Numbered from the stretch's first letter, positions 9,355 to 17,944 are shown. The stretch is DNA of 32,000 nucleotides from Candidatus Saccharimonas aalborgensis (GCF_000392435.1 NC_021219.1:780001-812000), one strand, 5' to 3'. The notes: generated by a model from the letters alone, not told the origin. Translations and numbers: made by a program.

Positions 9355-9777
9355 ATGAGAATGTTCCACACTGATGGTAGTGCAAGTCCAAACCCCGGTC
9401 CGGGCGGCTTTGCCGTGATTGAGCACAGCAAGCCAGTTGTGCTCGGCAGCGAGTCAGGGGACACGACCAATATCCGCATGGAAGGCCATGCACTCATCGC
9501 TGCTATGGAGCTTGCGGGCGGCGAAGCATGCCAGATATATAGCGATAGTGAATTTTGGATAAACGTGATGACAAAATGGGCGCCATCGTGGGAAGCAAGA
9601 GGCTGGACAAAAAAGGGAGGCGACATAAAAAACCTTGATCTTGTAAAGCGAGCATACGAGTTGTTTTGCACGGGAAATGTCTCGCTCATCTGGGTTCGTG
9701 GACACAATGATGATGAACAAAATGAACTTGCCGATGAATGGGCGAACCGCGCAAGAGAGGGAGAACGACTATCATGA
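9355..9777 (+). CDS. rnhA: Ribonuclease HI-like protein
   Basis: 'FHTDGSASPNPGPGGFAVI', 'NIRMEGHALIAAMEL', 'IYSDSEFWINVMTKWAPSWEARGWTKK', 'WVRGHNDDEQNELADEWANRA': D-E-D-D catalytic pattern. Confidence 0.88.
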   Translation: MRMFHTDGSASPNPGPGGFAVIEHSKPVVLGSESGDTTNIRMEGHALIAAMELAGGEACQIYSDSEFWINVMTKWAPSWEARGWTKKGGDIKNLDLVKRAYELFCTGNVSLIWVRGHNDDEQNELADEWANRAREGERLS

Positions 9778-10352
9778 CACGGCAGTTTGAGCGCTATCGA
9801 CAGCCCGACGAATCGCCAAGTCCAGAGGTTTTTGCCGCATATGTTGCAGACAAACATGAATTACTGCAGGCGATCGGCAAACCAATAAAGAGAGCTCCGG
9901 GCAACACTATGACAGAGTTCTTTTTGCCGCCCGGTATCGATGAATGGTCTCAGCCTGACGCAAATGGGCGAGTGAGATTGGAACGCAGTCGACACTACTC
10001 AGCTGCACACAAAAAGATAGGAAATGGCGCCTATACACTCCTTGTGCTCGAGTGTGATAGCGTCAGTAACCCTGATCGTACCGTCGAGTCAACAAGGCAT
10101 ATGTATTGGTTTATGTGGACAGATAGCAATGGGGTATTTGAATCCCAGGCAATGAAATACCGAACACTTTCGGGCCCAACCAGTGAAGTAGCAATGCTAG
10201 ACGGGCGACCGAGTGTTATCACGCTCACGCCAAGTGAGCCATTGTCGCGAACTGCCGAGCATGTTCTCGTCACTCCAGAGTTATTTGAGGGGCTTCATCA
10301 GCGAACAGCTGCATTTAGTGCTGACTTAGTGAAACGGCTGGCAAGCAAGTAG
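9774..10352 (+). CDS. Hypothetical protein
   Basis: ATG at 9774 overlaps the rnhA stop (ATGA). Preferred over the track's 9738 start. Confidence 0.6.
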   Translation: MTRQFERYRQPDESPSPEVFAAYVADKHELLQAIGKPIKRAPGNTMTEFFLPPGIDEWSQPDANGRVRLERSRHYSAAHKKIGNGAYTLLVLECDSVSNPDRTVESTRHMYWFMWTDSNGVFESQAMKYRTLSGPTSEVAMLDGRPSVITLTPSEPLSRTAEHVLVTPELFEGLHQRTAAFSADLVKRLASK

Positions 10353-10361
10353 CAAGCATGC

Positions 10362-10367
10362 TATAAT
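10362..10367 (+). promoter_or_regulatory. -10 box for the SAM riboswitch/metK transcript
   Basis: TATAAT 24 nt upstream of riboswitch P1. Confidence 0.5.
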
Positions 10368-10390
10368 CATAGGCACATTAACAACATAAA

Positions 10391-10486
10391 CTATATCAAG
10401 AGCGTGACGAGGGACTGGCCCGATGACTCACCGGCAACCTCGAAATGCGAGGTGCCTCATCCAGGCCCACTGCGGCGAAGATATAG
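10391..10486 (+). promoter_or_regulatory. SAM-I (S-box) riboswitch upstream of metK
   Basis: P1 CTATATC(10391-10397)/GATATAG(10480-10486) encloses the core 'AAGAGCGTGACGAGGGACTGGCCCGATGACTCACCGGCAACCTCGAAATGCGAGGTGCC..TCC'. Immediately precedes metK. Confidence 0.95.
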
Positions 10487-10544
10487 GCGAGAAATCTCCT
10501 CACTACTTCCCGTCAAGTGGCAGTAACGATAAGGAGGTTTTTTT

Positions 10545-11540
10545 ATGTCAATTCATACAGCAATCGAGCGGCTCGACTATCGAACAGCAGAGAGTGTCAG
10601 TCCAGGACATCCCGACAAACTATGTGATCAGATAAGTGATGCTATTTTGGATGCGTACTTGACGGTTGACCCAAATGCTCGCGTCGCCGTGGAGGCGTGC
10701 GGAGGCCATGGAACGGTGTTTTTGACTGGCGAAGTAACGGCTGGCCAGTATGTTGACGTTGTTCCTATCGTAAAACGTTTGGCGGGCGAGGATGTCGAGA
10801 TAATAGAGCACATCGTCAAGCAAAGCCCCGAGATTGCTCGTGGTGTAGACGCTGGTGGCGCGGGTGATCAGGGTATTATGGTAGGCTATGCGTGCAATGA
10901 AACACCTGAGTTATTGCCGCTGGAAACGGTTTTGGCACGTCAACTTAACCAACACCTATTTGATCAATGGCCATTTGACGGCAAAACGCAGGTGACGCTC
11001 AGAAACGGTGTCATCGAATCAGTTGTAGCGAGTTTTCAAAACGTCGACCAAGCCAGTCTCAAGCAGGCGGTCGAATCCTGGTTAAAAGAAATTGCCGGAA
11101 TCGCCGTTAGTCCTGAGGTGCAGCTTCATATCAACCCGGCAGGGGATTGGTCTCAGGGTGGCTTTGACGCCGACGCTGGTCTTACAGGTCGGAAGTTGGT
11201 GGTAGACAACTATGGGCCAGGTGTACCAATAGGTGGAGGATGTTTTAGTGGTAAAGATGCCTCGAAGGTTGATCGCAGTGCTGCCTATATGGCTCGTCGT
11301 GTTGCTGTTGACTACCTGAGGAAGAATAATGCAAAAGAAGTATATTGCTATCTCGCCTACGCTATTGGGTATGACCAACCCTTGGAGGCGACCGTGATTG
11401 TTGATGGTGTACAGCAAATTGTCGAGGGGTATGACCTGAGTCCTCGAGGTATTATAGAAGCACTTGATTTAAAAAAACCTCAATACGAACAGACCGCTCG
11501 CTATGGACATTTTGGTCATGGGTTTGCATGGGATAAATAG
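10545..11540 (+). CDS. metK: S-adenosylmethionine synthetase
   Basis: 'SESVSPGHPDKLCDQISDAILDA'-like N-terminus, 'GGAGDQGIMVGYACNET', 'GLTGRKLVVDNYGPGVPIGGGCFSGKDASKVDRSAAYMAR', 'YGHFGHGFAWDK'. Confidence 0.96.
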   Translation: MSIHTAIERLDYRTAESVSPGHPDKLCDQISDAILDAYLTVDPNARVAVEACGGHGTVFLTGEVTAGQYVDVVPIVKRLAGEDVEIIEHIVKQSPEIARGVDAGGAGDQGIMVGYACNETPELLPLETVLARQLNQHLFDQWPFDGKTQVTLRNGVIESVVASFQNVDQASLKQAVESWLKEIAGIAVSPEVQLHINPAGDWSQGGFDADAGLTGRKLVVDNYGPGVPIGGGCFSGKDASKVDRSAAYMARRVAVDYLRKNNAKEVYCYLAYAIGYDQPLEATVIVDGVQQIVEGYDLSPRGIIEALDLKKPQYEQTARYGHFGHGFAWDK

Positions 11541-11582
11541 TACAACGCTATAAGAGCTATTTCCGCGCTATACTAAAGGAGA

Positions 11583-13115
11583 ATGAATCAGGGGTTAGCA
11601 CTCGAGATATTACTGGCGGGCGAAAGCGCGCTCCTTACGGGTCCAGCGGGAACCGGTAAGACGTATGTGCTCAACCAATTTATCCGTCTCAGTAAGTATG
11701 AGGGCAAGCATGTCAGCGTAACTGCTACCACCGGCCTCGCGGCGACCCACCTGGGGGGAACAACGATACATACCTGGTCGGGGATCGGTATCAACGATAG
11801 TCTACCGGATGGTTTTGTCGATCATATTAGTAAGGGTCGACGAGATATTATAGAAAAAACAGACATCCTCATTATCGACGAGGTATCAATGCTGCATGAT
11901 TACCGGCTTGATATGGTTGATGAGGTCTGTCGGATAGTGCGCAAACAGCCAGATACCCCATTTGGTGGCATACAGCTTATTATGAGTGGCGATTTCTTTC
12001 AATTACCCCCCATTAATCGAGAGGGAAGTAGGACGGGTGGTTTCGTTGTTGAAAGTCACGCATGGCGTGATCTTGATCCTATTATTTTGTACCTCGATGA
12101 TCAGTATCGACAAGATGAAAATGATGATCTGTATGATATCCTCACTCACCTCAGGGCGGGTGATCTTCGCCGCCGACACGCCGAGTTGCTGCTTGCGCGT
12201 GCTGACGAAACACCGCCGCCCACATCTTCGCTGACAGAGCTGCATACAATCAATGTTGATGTTGATCGTATCAATAACCAACAGCTTGAACGGCTGCCTG
12301 GGGATGAAGTGGCCTACGACCAGCACACTACGGGTTCTGTTAGCTATGTCGAAAGCCTTCAGCGAAGTGTGCTGGCGCCAGCCACACTGACGCTTAAAAA
12401 AGGTGCATTAGTTATGGCAGTAAAAAATGATACTAACCGTCGCTATGCAAACGGTAGTATCGGCACCGTTGTGGCGTTCGAAAATGGCAGTGATTATCCC
12501 GTCGTTGAGTTTCATAGTGGACGCACAGTAACGATGATGCCTGATACTTGGGAGTTGCGAGATGGTGATAAAAAACGGGCCAGCATCAGCCAAATACCCC
12601 TCAGACTAGCATGGGCGATCACCGTTCACAAAAGCCAGGGTATGACGCTTGATATCGCTCGTATTGACCTCACTAAAGCGTTTGTACCCGGTATGGGATA
12701 TGTCGCACTCAGCCGAGTAAAAAAGTTATCCAATCTCTATCTTACCGGGATTAATCGTATGGCGCTGCAAGTGAGTGAGCAAGCTCAGGAGATTGATAGC
12801 CAACTTCGACGTCAAAGTGTGGCCGCGGCAAAGAGATTTAGTCATCTGCATCAGAAAGCAGTAAAGAGGAAAGATGAAGGAGTAGGTCCGAAAAAGAAAA
12901 AGCAACCATCGGGTAGTTGGGCGCAAAAGATAGCTGTCATGCGCGAAACGTACCCACAGGCGTATATGCTGTGGACTGAGGCCGACGATGCTACGCTTAA
13001 GACAGATTTCTTAGGAGGTGCGGATATAATGATGTTGAGCAAAAAACTTGGACGGCACGAGGGAAGTATTAGGATGCGTCTGCAGAAGCACTTTGGTGAA
13101 GATATGGTTGCCTAG
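11583..13115 (+). CDS. PIF1-like superfamily 1 helicase with extra basic C-terminal region
   Basis: Walker A 'LLTGPAGTGKTYVLNQF', Walker B 'ILIIDEVSML', 'GDFFQLPP', and C-terminal 'AWAITVHKSQGMTLDIARIDL..FVPGMGYVALSRVKKLSNLYL'. Confidence 0.9.
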   Translation: MNQGLALEILLAGESALLTGPAGTGKTYVLNQFIRLSKYEGKHVSVTATTGLAATHLGGTTIHTWSGIGINDSLPDGFVDHISKGRRDIIEKTDILIIDEVSMLHDYRLDMVDEVCRIVRKQPDTPFGGIQLIMSGDFFQLPPINREGSRTGGFVVESHAWRDLDPIILYLDDQYRQDENDDLYDILTHLRAGDLRRRHAELLLARADETPPPTSSLTELHTINVDVDRINNQQLERLPGDEVAYDQHTTGSVSYVESLQRSVLAPATLTLKKGALVMAVKNDTNRRYANGSIGTVVAFENGSDYPVVEFHSGRTVTMMPDTWELRDGDKKRASISQIPLRLAWAITVHKSQGMTLDIARIDLTKAFVPGMGYVALSRVKKLSNLYLTGINRMALQVSEQAQEIDSQLRRQSVAAAKRFSHLHQKAVKRKDEGVGPKKKKQPSGSWAQKIAVMRETYPQAYMLWTEADDATLKTDFLGGADIMMLSKKLGRHEGSIRMRLQKHFGEDMVA

Positions 13116-13174
13116 GGAAGCGCCCCATCAGCCACTCGGGCGATGAGACGCTTCCGTAGAGTGGGTGATGGGGC
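13116..13174. terminator. Strong compound stem-loop between convergent genes
   Basis: GCCCCATCA(13122-13130)/TGATGGGGC(13166-13174) plus CCACTC(13132-13137)/GAGTGG(13159-13164). Alternative GGAAGCG(13116-13122)/CGCTTCC(13149-13155). Confidence 0.5.
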
Positions 13175-13193
13175 GGGCGGATTGTGCAGCGGG

Positions 13194-13400
13194 CTAGGCC
13201 GTGAGTGATGCCTCACAGGGCCAGGCCCGCATGCATGTGGTGCAGACGGCGCGCATCTGGCGCTGTCGCCAAGCCGGCATTTTTTTGACGAACTCCATGT
13301 GGAGCTGGCTGTTGAGCATGACGCCCAGTTGCGCCAGTAAACCGAGCTGACACCAGTAGATGGGCTCGTGTGCCGCTGCAGCCTTTGCAGATCGAGACAC
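13194..13400 (-). CDS. Small 68-aa hypothetical protein with strong SD
   Basis: Minus strand 'ctAAGGAGGTGATctaggaGTGTCTCGATCTGCA'; product MSRSAKAAAAHEPIYWCQLGLLAQLGVMLNSQLHMEFVKKMPAWRQRQMRAVCTTCMRAWPCEASLTA. Confidence 0.55.
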   Translation of the reverse strand: MSRSAKAAAAHEPIYWCQLGLLAQLGVMLNSQLHMEFVKKMPAWRQRQMRAVCTTCMRAWPCEASLTA

Positions 13401-13546
13401 TCCTAGATCACCTCCTTAGGTGGTATCTGAGTGAATATGGTTTTTCGAACTACCGTGCAGTCAGTATGCCACCAGATACTAGTGTACGCAAGCATAGCCG
13501 CAATAAAATAATTACTCGTAGCAAAAAAGATAGTACACTAGAATCT

Positions 13547-14524
13547 ATGACTACTTCACTAACTACAGTACAAACGACCGATATTTTCCTGTGGGCGAAT
13601 CAAGCAGATAGAGACAAAGATCAGCTAGAGATTGACCTATTTCTCTTTACAAAGGGCTACACGGTGTATGCGACTAACTACGCAAAGGAACTCAAGGCGC
13701 AGCTCAAGGTGTTATTTCTCTATGACATGATCAGCACAGTCCAGACTGGGGCAGCAACGGGTATGATAGTGCGTGACTTTGAAGCGGCGGCCTCAGAGGA
13801 AAATGTACTGGAGCGTACGACACTCGACAAAGTTGAACACGCTCAAGAAGTGATCGAGCAAATCATGTATGGTGAAGAAGGGCTTGAAGTATTTCGCGAG
13901 GGCGACCACGAGTTCAAAAAGGTTAAGGGCATTGTTGCACGGTTTCAGATGAAGGGAAAGAGCCCATTTTTTGTAGTCAAGTTGCTTCCGCAGTCACAGG
14001 TACTAAAGGGAGCTACGGCATGGATGTACAACGGCGACTCGTTCCAGCCGTTTAGTGCCGATGCTGGGCTACGTATTACCCCCGACAATCAAGTGCTCAT
14101 CGCGGACCAAGATATTTTTGCGTTTAGTGAGGTTAAGTTTGTGCGACTGTTTGGCTATGATGCCAAGAAGTTTGCGGTAGCAGAGGAGAAGATCAAGGAA
14201 ATCGAAGCGCATTTCAAGCTGAAGTTCCCTGATGGGATGACGTTTGACGCGCTGGTGCGAGATACTCCCAGTCTAGTGACAAAACTTCAAAAAGTTGATC
14301 CGACAAGTGTCACGCAAGACCAAATCATCACTCATGCTGAAGAAATGGATCTGGAACTAATGACTGATGATGCAGTCGGTGCGATTATTATCATGGATGC
14401 GAAGGATGCCGCCAAGTTTGTCAACCTCCTCAACGATGATTATGTGACCAGTGATATGACGGGTATCAAATACGAGCTCAAGGCAAAAAAAGAGCTCCAT
14501 GCCAGCGCTCCAGTTGAACAGTAG
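13547..14524 (+). CDS. KwaB-like protein (DUF4868 family)
   Basis: Recognised from general pattern: N-terminal variable half, 'IVARFQMKGKSPFFVVK', 'VLIADQDIFAFSEVKFVRLFGYDAKKFAVAEEKIKEIE', and C-terminal 'FVNLLNDDYVTSDMTGIKYELKAKKEL'. ATG at 13547 preferred over the track's 13370 GTG. Confidence 0.6.
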   Translation: MTTSLTTVQTTDIFLWANQADRDKDQLEIDLFLFTKGYTVYATNYAKELKAQLKVLFLYDMISTVQTGAATGMIVRDFEAAASEENVLERTTLDKVEHAQEVIEQIMYGEEGLEVFREGDHEFKKVKGIVARFQMKGKSPFFVVKLLPQSQVLKGATAWMYNGDSFQPFSADAGLRITPDNQVLIADQDIFAFSEVKFVRLFGYDAKKFAVAEEKIKEIEAHFKLKFPDGMTFDALVRDTPSLVTKLQKVDPTSVTQDQIITHAEEMDLELMTDDAVGAIIIMDAKDAAKFVNLLNDDYVTSDMTGIKYELKAKKELHASAPVEQ

Positions 14525-14538
14525 TATAATAAGAATAT

Positions 14539-15798
14539 ATGGCGAGGCAACAACCAATACGCTTTCCGGCCGATTTTTTGTGGGGTGCCGTTGTGAGTGC
14601 GCACCAAACAGAGGGCGGAAATCACAACCAATGGTCGGTGTGGGAACTTGAGAATGCTCGCTCGCTTGCCGCACAAGCCTCGTATCAATACGGGGATCTA
14701 GAACATTGGCACTCAATTGAGCGTCAAGCAAAATCGCCGGACAACTACGTTTCCGCTAAAGCAGTCGATCACTATCATCAATACCAGCATGATTTTGATT
14801 TAGTGAAGCGACTGCATATGAATGCGCTTCGATTTAGCGTCGAGTGGTCTCGGTTGCAGCCAGAAAAAGACGCCTGGAATGTTGACGAGATGCAGCACTA
14901 TAAGGAGTATGTCGCCGCGCTGAAACAGCGAGGCCTGGAACCAATCGTGACGCTATTTCACATCACGTTACCCGTTTGGTTTGTAGAGATGGGTGGGTTT
15001 GAGAAGCGCCGCAATGTACGGTATTTTGTTGATTTCGCAGAAAAAGTAATTAGCGAACTTGGTCCGGCGATCCAATTTGTCATCACTATGCACGAACCCG
15101 ATGAATATGTGAGACAAAGTTACTTAATCGGTCGATGGCCGCCTCAGGACCAGAGTCGGTCACGAGCATTCAGGGTGCTCAATAATCTGGCGCTCGCACA
15201 CAATAGGGTGGCCGAGCTGCTGCATGCCCAAAGCGGGCGCTATAAAGTATCAGTTGCAAAAAATAGCGCCTACATCTACCCCGGAGATGACGCATGGTTG
15301 ACGGTGAGGGCGTCGGCAGCAATCCAATATATTCATGATGACTATTTTCTGCAAAAAGTGATGAAAACCTGCGACTTTATAGGAGTCAACTACCACGGTA
15401 GTCAGCGCATCTACGGCTATCGGGTTCACAACGATAACAAAGAGATAAGTGATCTTGGAAATGACCTACATCCAGATCATCTGGCACATGCCCTTGAGCG
15501 CCTAAGTGAGCGCTACAAAAAACCAATTCTTGTCACTGAGAGCGGCATAGCAGATGCAACTGACCGGCGTCGCAAATGGTGGTTGATGCAGTCAATCATT
15601 GCGATGCAGCAGGCGCTTTCAAGTGGTGTTGAACTTATCGGTTATCTGCATGGGGGGCTACTTGATTCATTTGAATGGGATAAGGGCTTTTGGCCCCGCT
15701 ATGGTCTTTATGAAGTGGATAGGAAAAGTATGAAGCGTTCCGCGCGACCTTCTGCGGCATGGTTGTCAAAAGTAATCAAATCACTAAGAGGTATATAA
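14539..15798 (+). CDS. Glycoside hydrolase family 1-like protein
   Basis: 'FLWGAVVSAHQTEGGNHNQWSVWE', 'HMNALRFSVEWSRLQPE', 'MHEPDEY', 'PILVTESGIAD', 'GFWPRYGLYEVD'. Confidence 0.88.
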   Translation: MARQQPIRFPADFLWGAVVSAHQTEGGNHNQWSVWELENARSLAAQASYQYGDLEHWHSIERQAKSPDNYVSAKAVDHYHQYQHDFDLVKRLHMNALRFSVEWSRLQPEKDAWNVDEMQHYKEYVAALKQRGLEPIVTLFHITLPVWFVEMGGFEKRRNVRYFVDFAEKVISELGPAIQFVITMHEPDEYVRQSYLIGRWPPQDQSRSRAFRVLNNLALAHNRVAELLHAQSGRYKVSVAKNSAYIYPGDDAWLTVRASAAIQYIHDDYFLQKVMKTCDFIGVNYHGSQRIYGYRVHNDNKEISDLGNDLHPDHLAHALERLSERYKKPILVTESGIADATDRRRKWWLMQSIIAMQQALSSGVELIGYLHGGLLDSFEWDKGFWPRYGLYEVDRKSMKRSARPSAAWLSKVIKSLRGI

Positions 15799-15800
15799 CG

Positions 15801-16829
15801 ATGAACGAGCCATTCGCAAAACAGGAAGCAAAGGTGACAGTTATTGGTGGCGGTACAGGTAGTTTTACGTTACTCTCTGCGCTCAAGGAGCACACTTCCC
15901 AAATCGCCGCCATTGTAAACATGGTGGACGATGGTGGTAGTACCGGAGTGCTAAGAGATGAATTAGGCGTGCTTCCGCCGGGTGATGTGAGGCAGTGTCT
16001 TGTTGCTCTGAGCGATTCACCCAAAATACGCGACTTATTTAGCTATCGATTTGATAGCGGAACGTTCGCGGGACATTCTTTTGGTAACATATTTTTGACA
16101 GCGCTCGAGAAAAGCACGGGCAATTTCGCCGAAGCTGTTGAGACAGCGGGTGAGATACTGCGAGTTAATGGGACAGTTATCCCCGCGACGCTAGATGACG
16201 TACGACTTGTCATGAGTTGGCCGGGATCATCAGTACGTCTCCATGGCGAACGGGTAATTGATGCTGACCACTTTAAGAGGGACCCACGAAAAGCTTTGCT
16301 GAGTCTTGAGCCAACGCCTTCGGTAAACCCGATAGCGATAAAGGCTATTGAGCAGGCGGACTTGGTCGTTATTGCGCCGGGCGATATCTATACTTCACTT
16401 GGACCACTGTTGGCAATAAAGGGGATCGGGGATGCTCTTCGCCAAACAGATGCGGTGGTAGTGTATGTTTGTAATCTTGTGACGAAAGATGGTCAGACAA
16501 ATGACTTTACTGTTTCTGATCACGCGGGAGAGATTGAACGACTAGGTGGTGGTGACATTCTGGATATCGTGCTCTATAACAGCCAGGTTCCGTCGGCGCG
16601 GCTCCTGAAGCGCTATGAAGCCGAGAATGATTATCTGGTAAAGATCGACAAGAAAGTGCTTGATTCTCAGCATTACCATGCCGTTGGTGGACATTTCTTG
16701 GGTCAGATTATTAGCTACGATCCAAAGGAACAAATGATACCAGTCACCCGGTCTTTTATACGGCATAATCCGGTCGCTGTAGCGAGTGCACTCATGACGT
16801 TCATTGAAAAGAAGAAGATCTCTTCATAA
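15801..16829 (+). CDS. yvcK: YvcK/CofD-family (gluconeogenesis factor) protein
   Basis: 'VTVIGGGTGSFTLLSAL', 'AIVNMVDDGGSTGVLRDELGVLPPGDVRQCLVALSDS', 'HSFGNIFLTALE', 'VVIAPGDIYTSLGPLLAIKGI'. Confidence 0.92.
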   Translation: MNEPFAKQEAKVTVIGGGTGSFTLLSALKEHTSQIAAIVNMVDDGGSTGVLRDELGVLPPGDVRQCLVALSDSPKIRDLFSYRFDSGTFAGHSFGNIFLTALEKSTGNFAEAVETAGEILRVNGTVIPATLDDVRLVMSWPGSSVRLHGERVIDADHFKRDPRKALLSLEPTPSVNPIAIKAIEQADLVVIAPGDIYTSLGPLLAIKGIGDALRQTDAVVVYVCNLVTKDGQTNDFTVSDHAGEIERLGGGDILDIVLYNSQVPSARLLKRYEAENDYLVKIDKKVLDSQHYHAVGGHFLGQIISYDPKEQMIPVTRSFIRHNPVAVASALMTFIEKKKISS

Positions 16830-16831
16830 CC

Positions 16832-16950
16832 TAAGTCTCAAAACCCCCTCTTCCGGACAATCGGCCCGCCGCTAACTGATTAGCCTTCGCCTTGGCGGGC
16901 CTTGGCCCATCAGGGCCAACTGTCTTTCGGGGGAGGGGTTTGAGATTTGG
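16832..16950. other. Nested multi-hairpin element directly after yvcK
   Basis: Imperfect outer arms 16832-16854 / 16930-16950; inner stems GGCCCGCC(16863-16870)/GGCGGGCC(16894-16901), GCTAA(16871-16875)/TTAGC(16880-16884), TTGGCCC(16902-16908)/GGGCCAA(16913-16919). Confidence 0.7.
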
Positions 16951-16963
16951 GTAGCTTCTCGTA

Positions 16964-17857
16964 CTAACTCAAAACCTTTGCAACATCCATCGGCCGTCTG
17001 CACTGGATACCTAAATGGTAGCGCTTTGTATTGTAGAAGTCCAGGTACGCCGTCAGGCGTGCCTGGATAGTGTCTTCATTCGGCCATCTTCCGAGGCACT
17101 CATCTTGCAATGTGCGGTTAAACCGCTCAATGTGGGCGTTGTCGTTCTTGCGGCCGAGACGGATGCGCCGTTGCTCAATACCGTGTGTATTCAGATAGGC
17201 TTCACAAGCATTGCCGAACTCCTGCCCATTGTCCGTCTGGACGAGCTGCACCTTAAACGGCGCAGCCTTAAGAGCAGAGAGAACAAACTCATTTGTTCTC
17301 TCTGGAGATATCCTCGGGCTATATGCCGCATATGCCCAGCGGCTCTTTAGATCGATGAGAGTATAGACATAGTAGGCTTGTTTTGTCTTCCAGTCTTTGA
17401 AATGGATGGTATCCATTTCAAGGAAGCTGCCGGGGGCTTCTACGCGGGGGCGAGGAGTGCGCCTGTGGTATACTTTGCCCTTGCGGCCATAGAGTGAGGA
17501 GACTTGCTTGTGGCGCGCGAGAATGCGGCCCACACTTGCGAGACTAATGTAGACCCCCTCGCGCTGCAATACACGCCAGATGACTTCAGCGCAGCGCTTT
17601 AGTTCCCAACGAAGCTCAAGCACACGCCGAACTACCGCTTCAGTGAGTTGTTTGGGGTGAGAATGAGGACGCGAAGAGCGGGTGCGAAGCAATTTCACGC
17701 GGTTGGCGGCCTCGGGACGCTGGCACCATCGCCAGATTGTAGAGCGATGGACACCAATGTGTCGAGATACTTTCGCCATACTCCACCCCTCGAAAAGCAC
17801 CAAGTTCACGGCGTTCCGCCGTGTCCTTGGAAGATAAATGTTGCTAGAATAGGCCAT
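16964..17857 (-). mobile_element. IS481-like transposase (HTH plus DDE integrase core); element ends not resolved
   Basis: Product MAYSSNIYLPRTRRNAVNLVLFEGWSMAKVSRHIGVHRSTIWRW...; DDE residues in 'LEMDTIHFKDWK', 'VQTDNGQEFG', 'NDNAHIERFNRTLQDECLG'. Longer start possible at 17887. Confidence 0.85.
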
Positions 17858-17944
17858 ACAGGCCTCCTTTCTTGGTTTAGTTTGCACTTACCAGTATACG
17901 GAGGTCTGTTTTTGTTGCGAAGGTAGTGAGGGATTACGGAAATA

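Noticed and set aside
13405-13417. Plus-strand 'GATCACCTCCTTA' resembles the 3' end of 16S rRNA
   Set aside because: No 16S helix 44/45 sequence precedes it; it is the reverse complement of a strong SD for the minus-strand 68-aa ORF.
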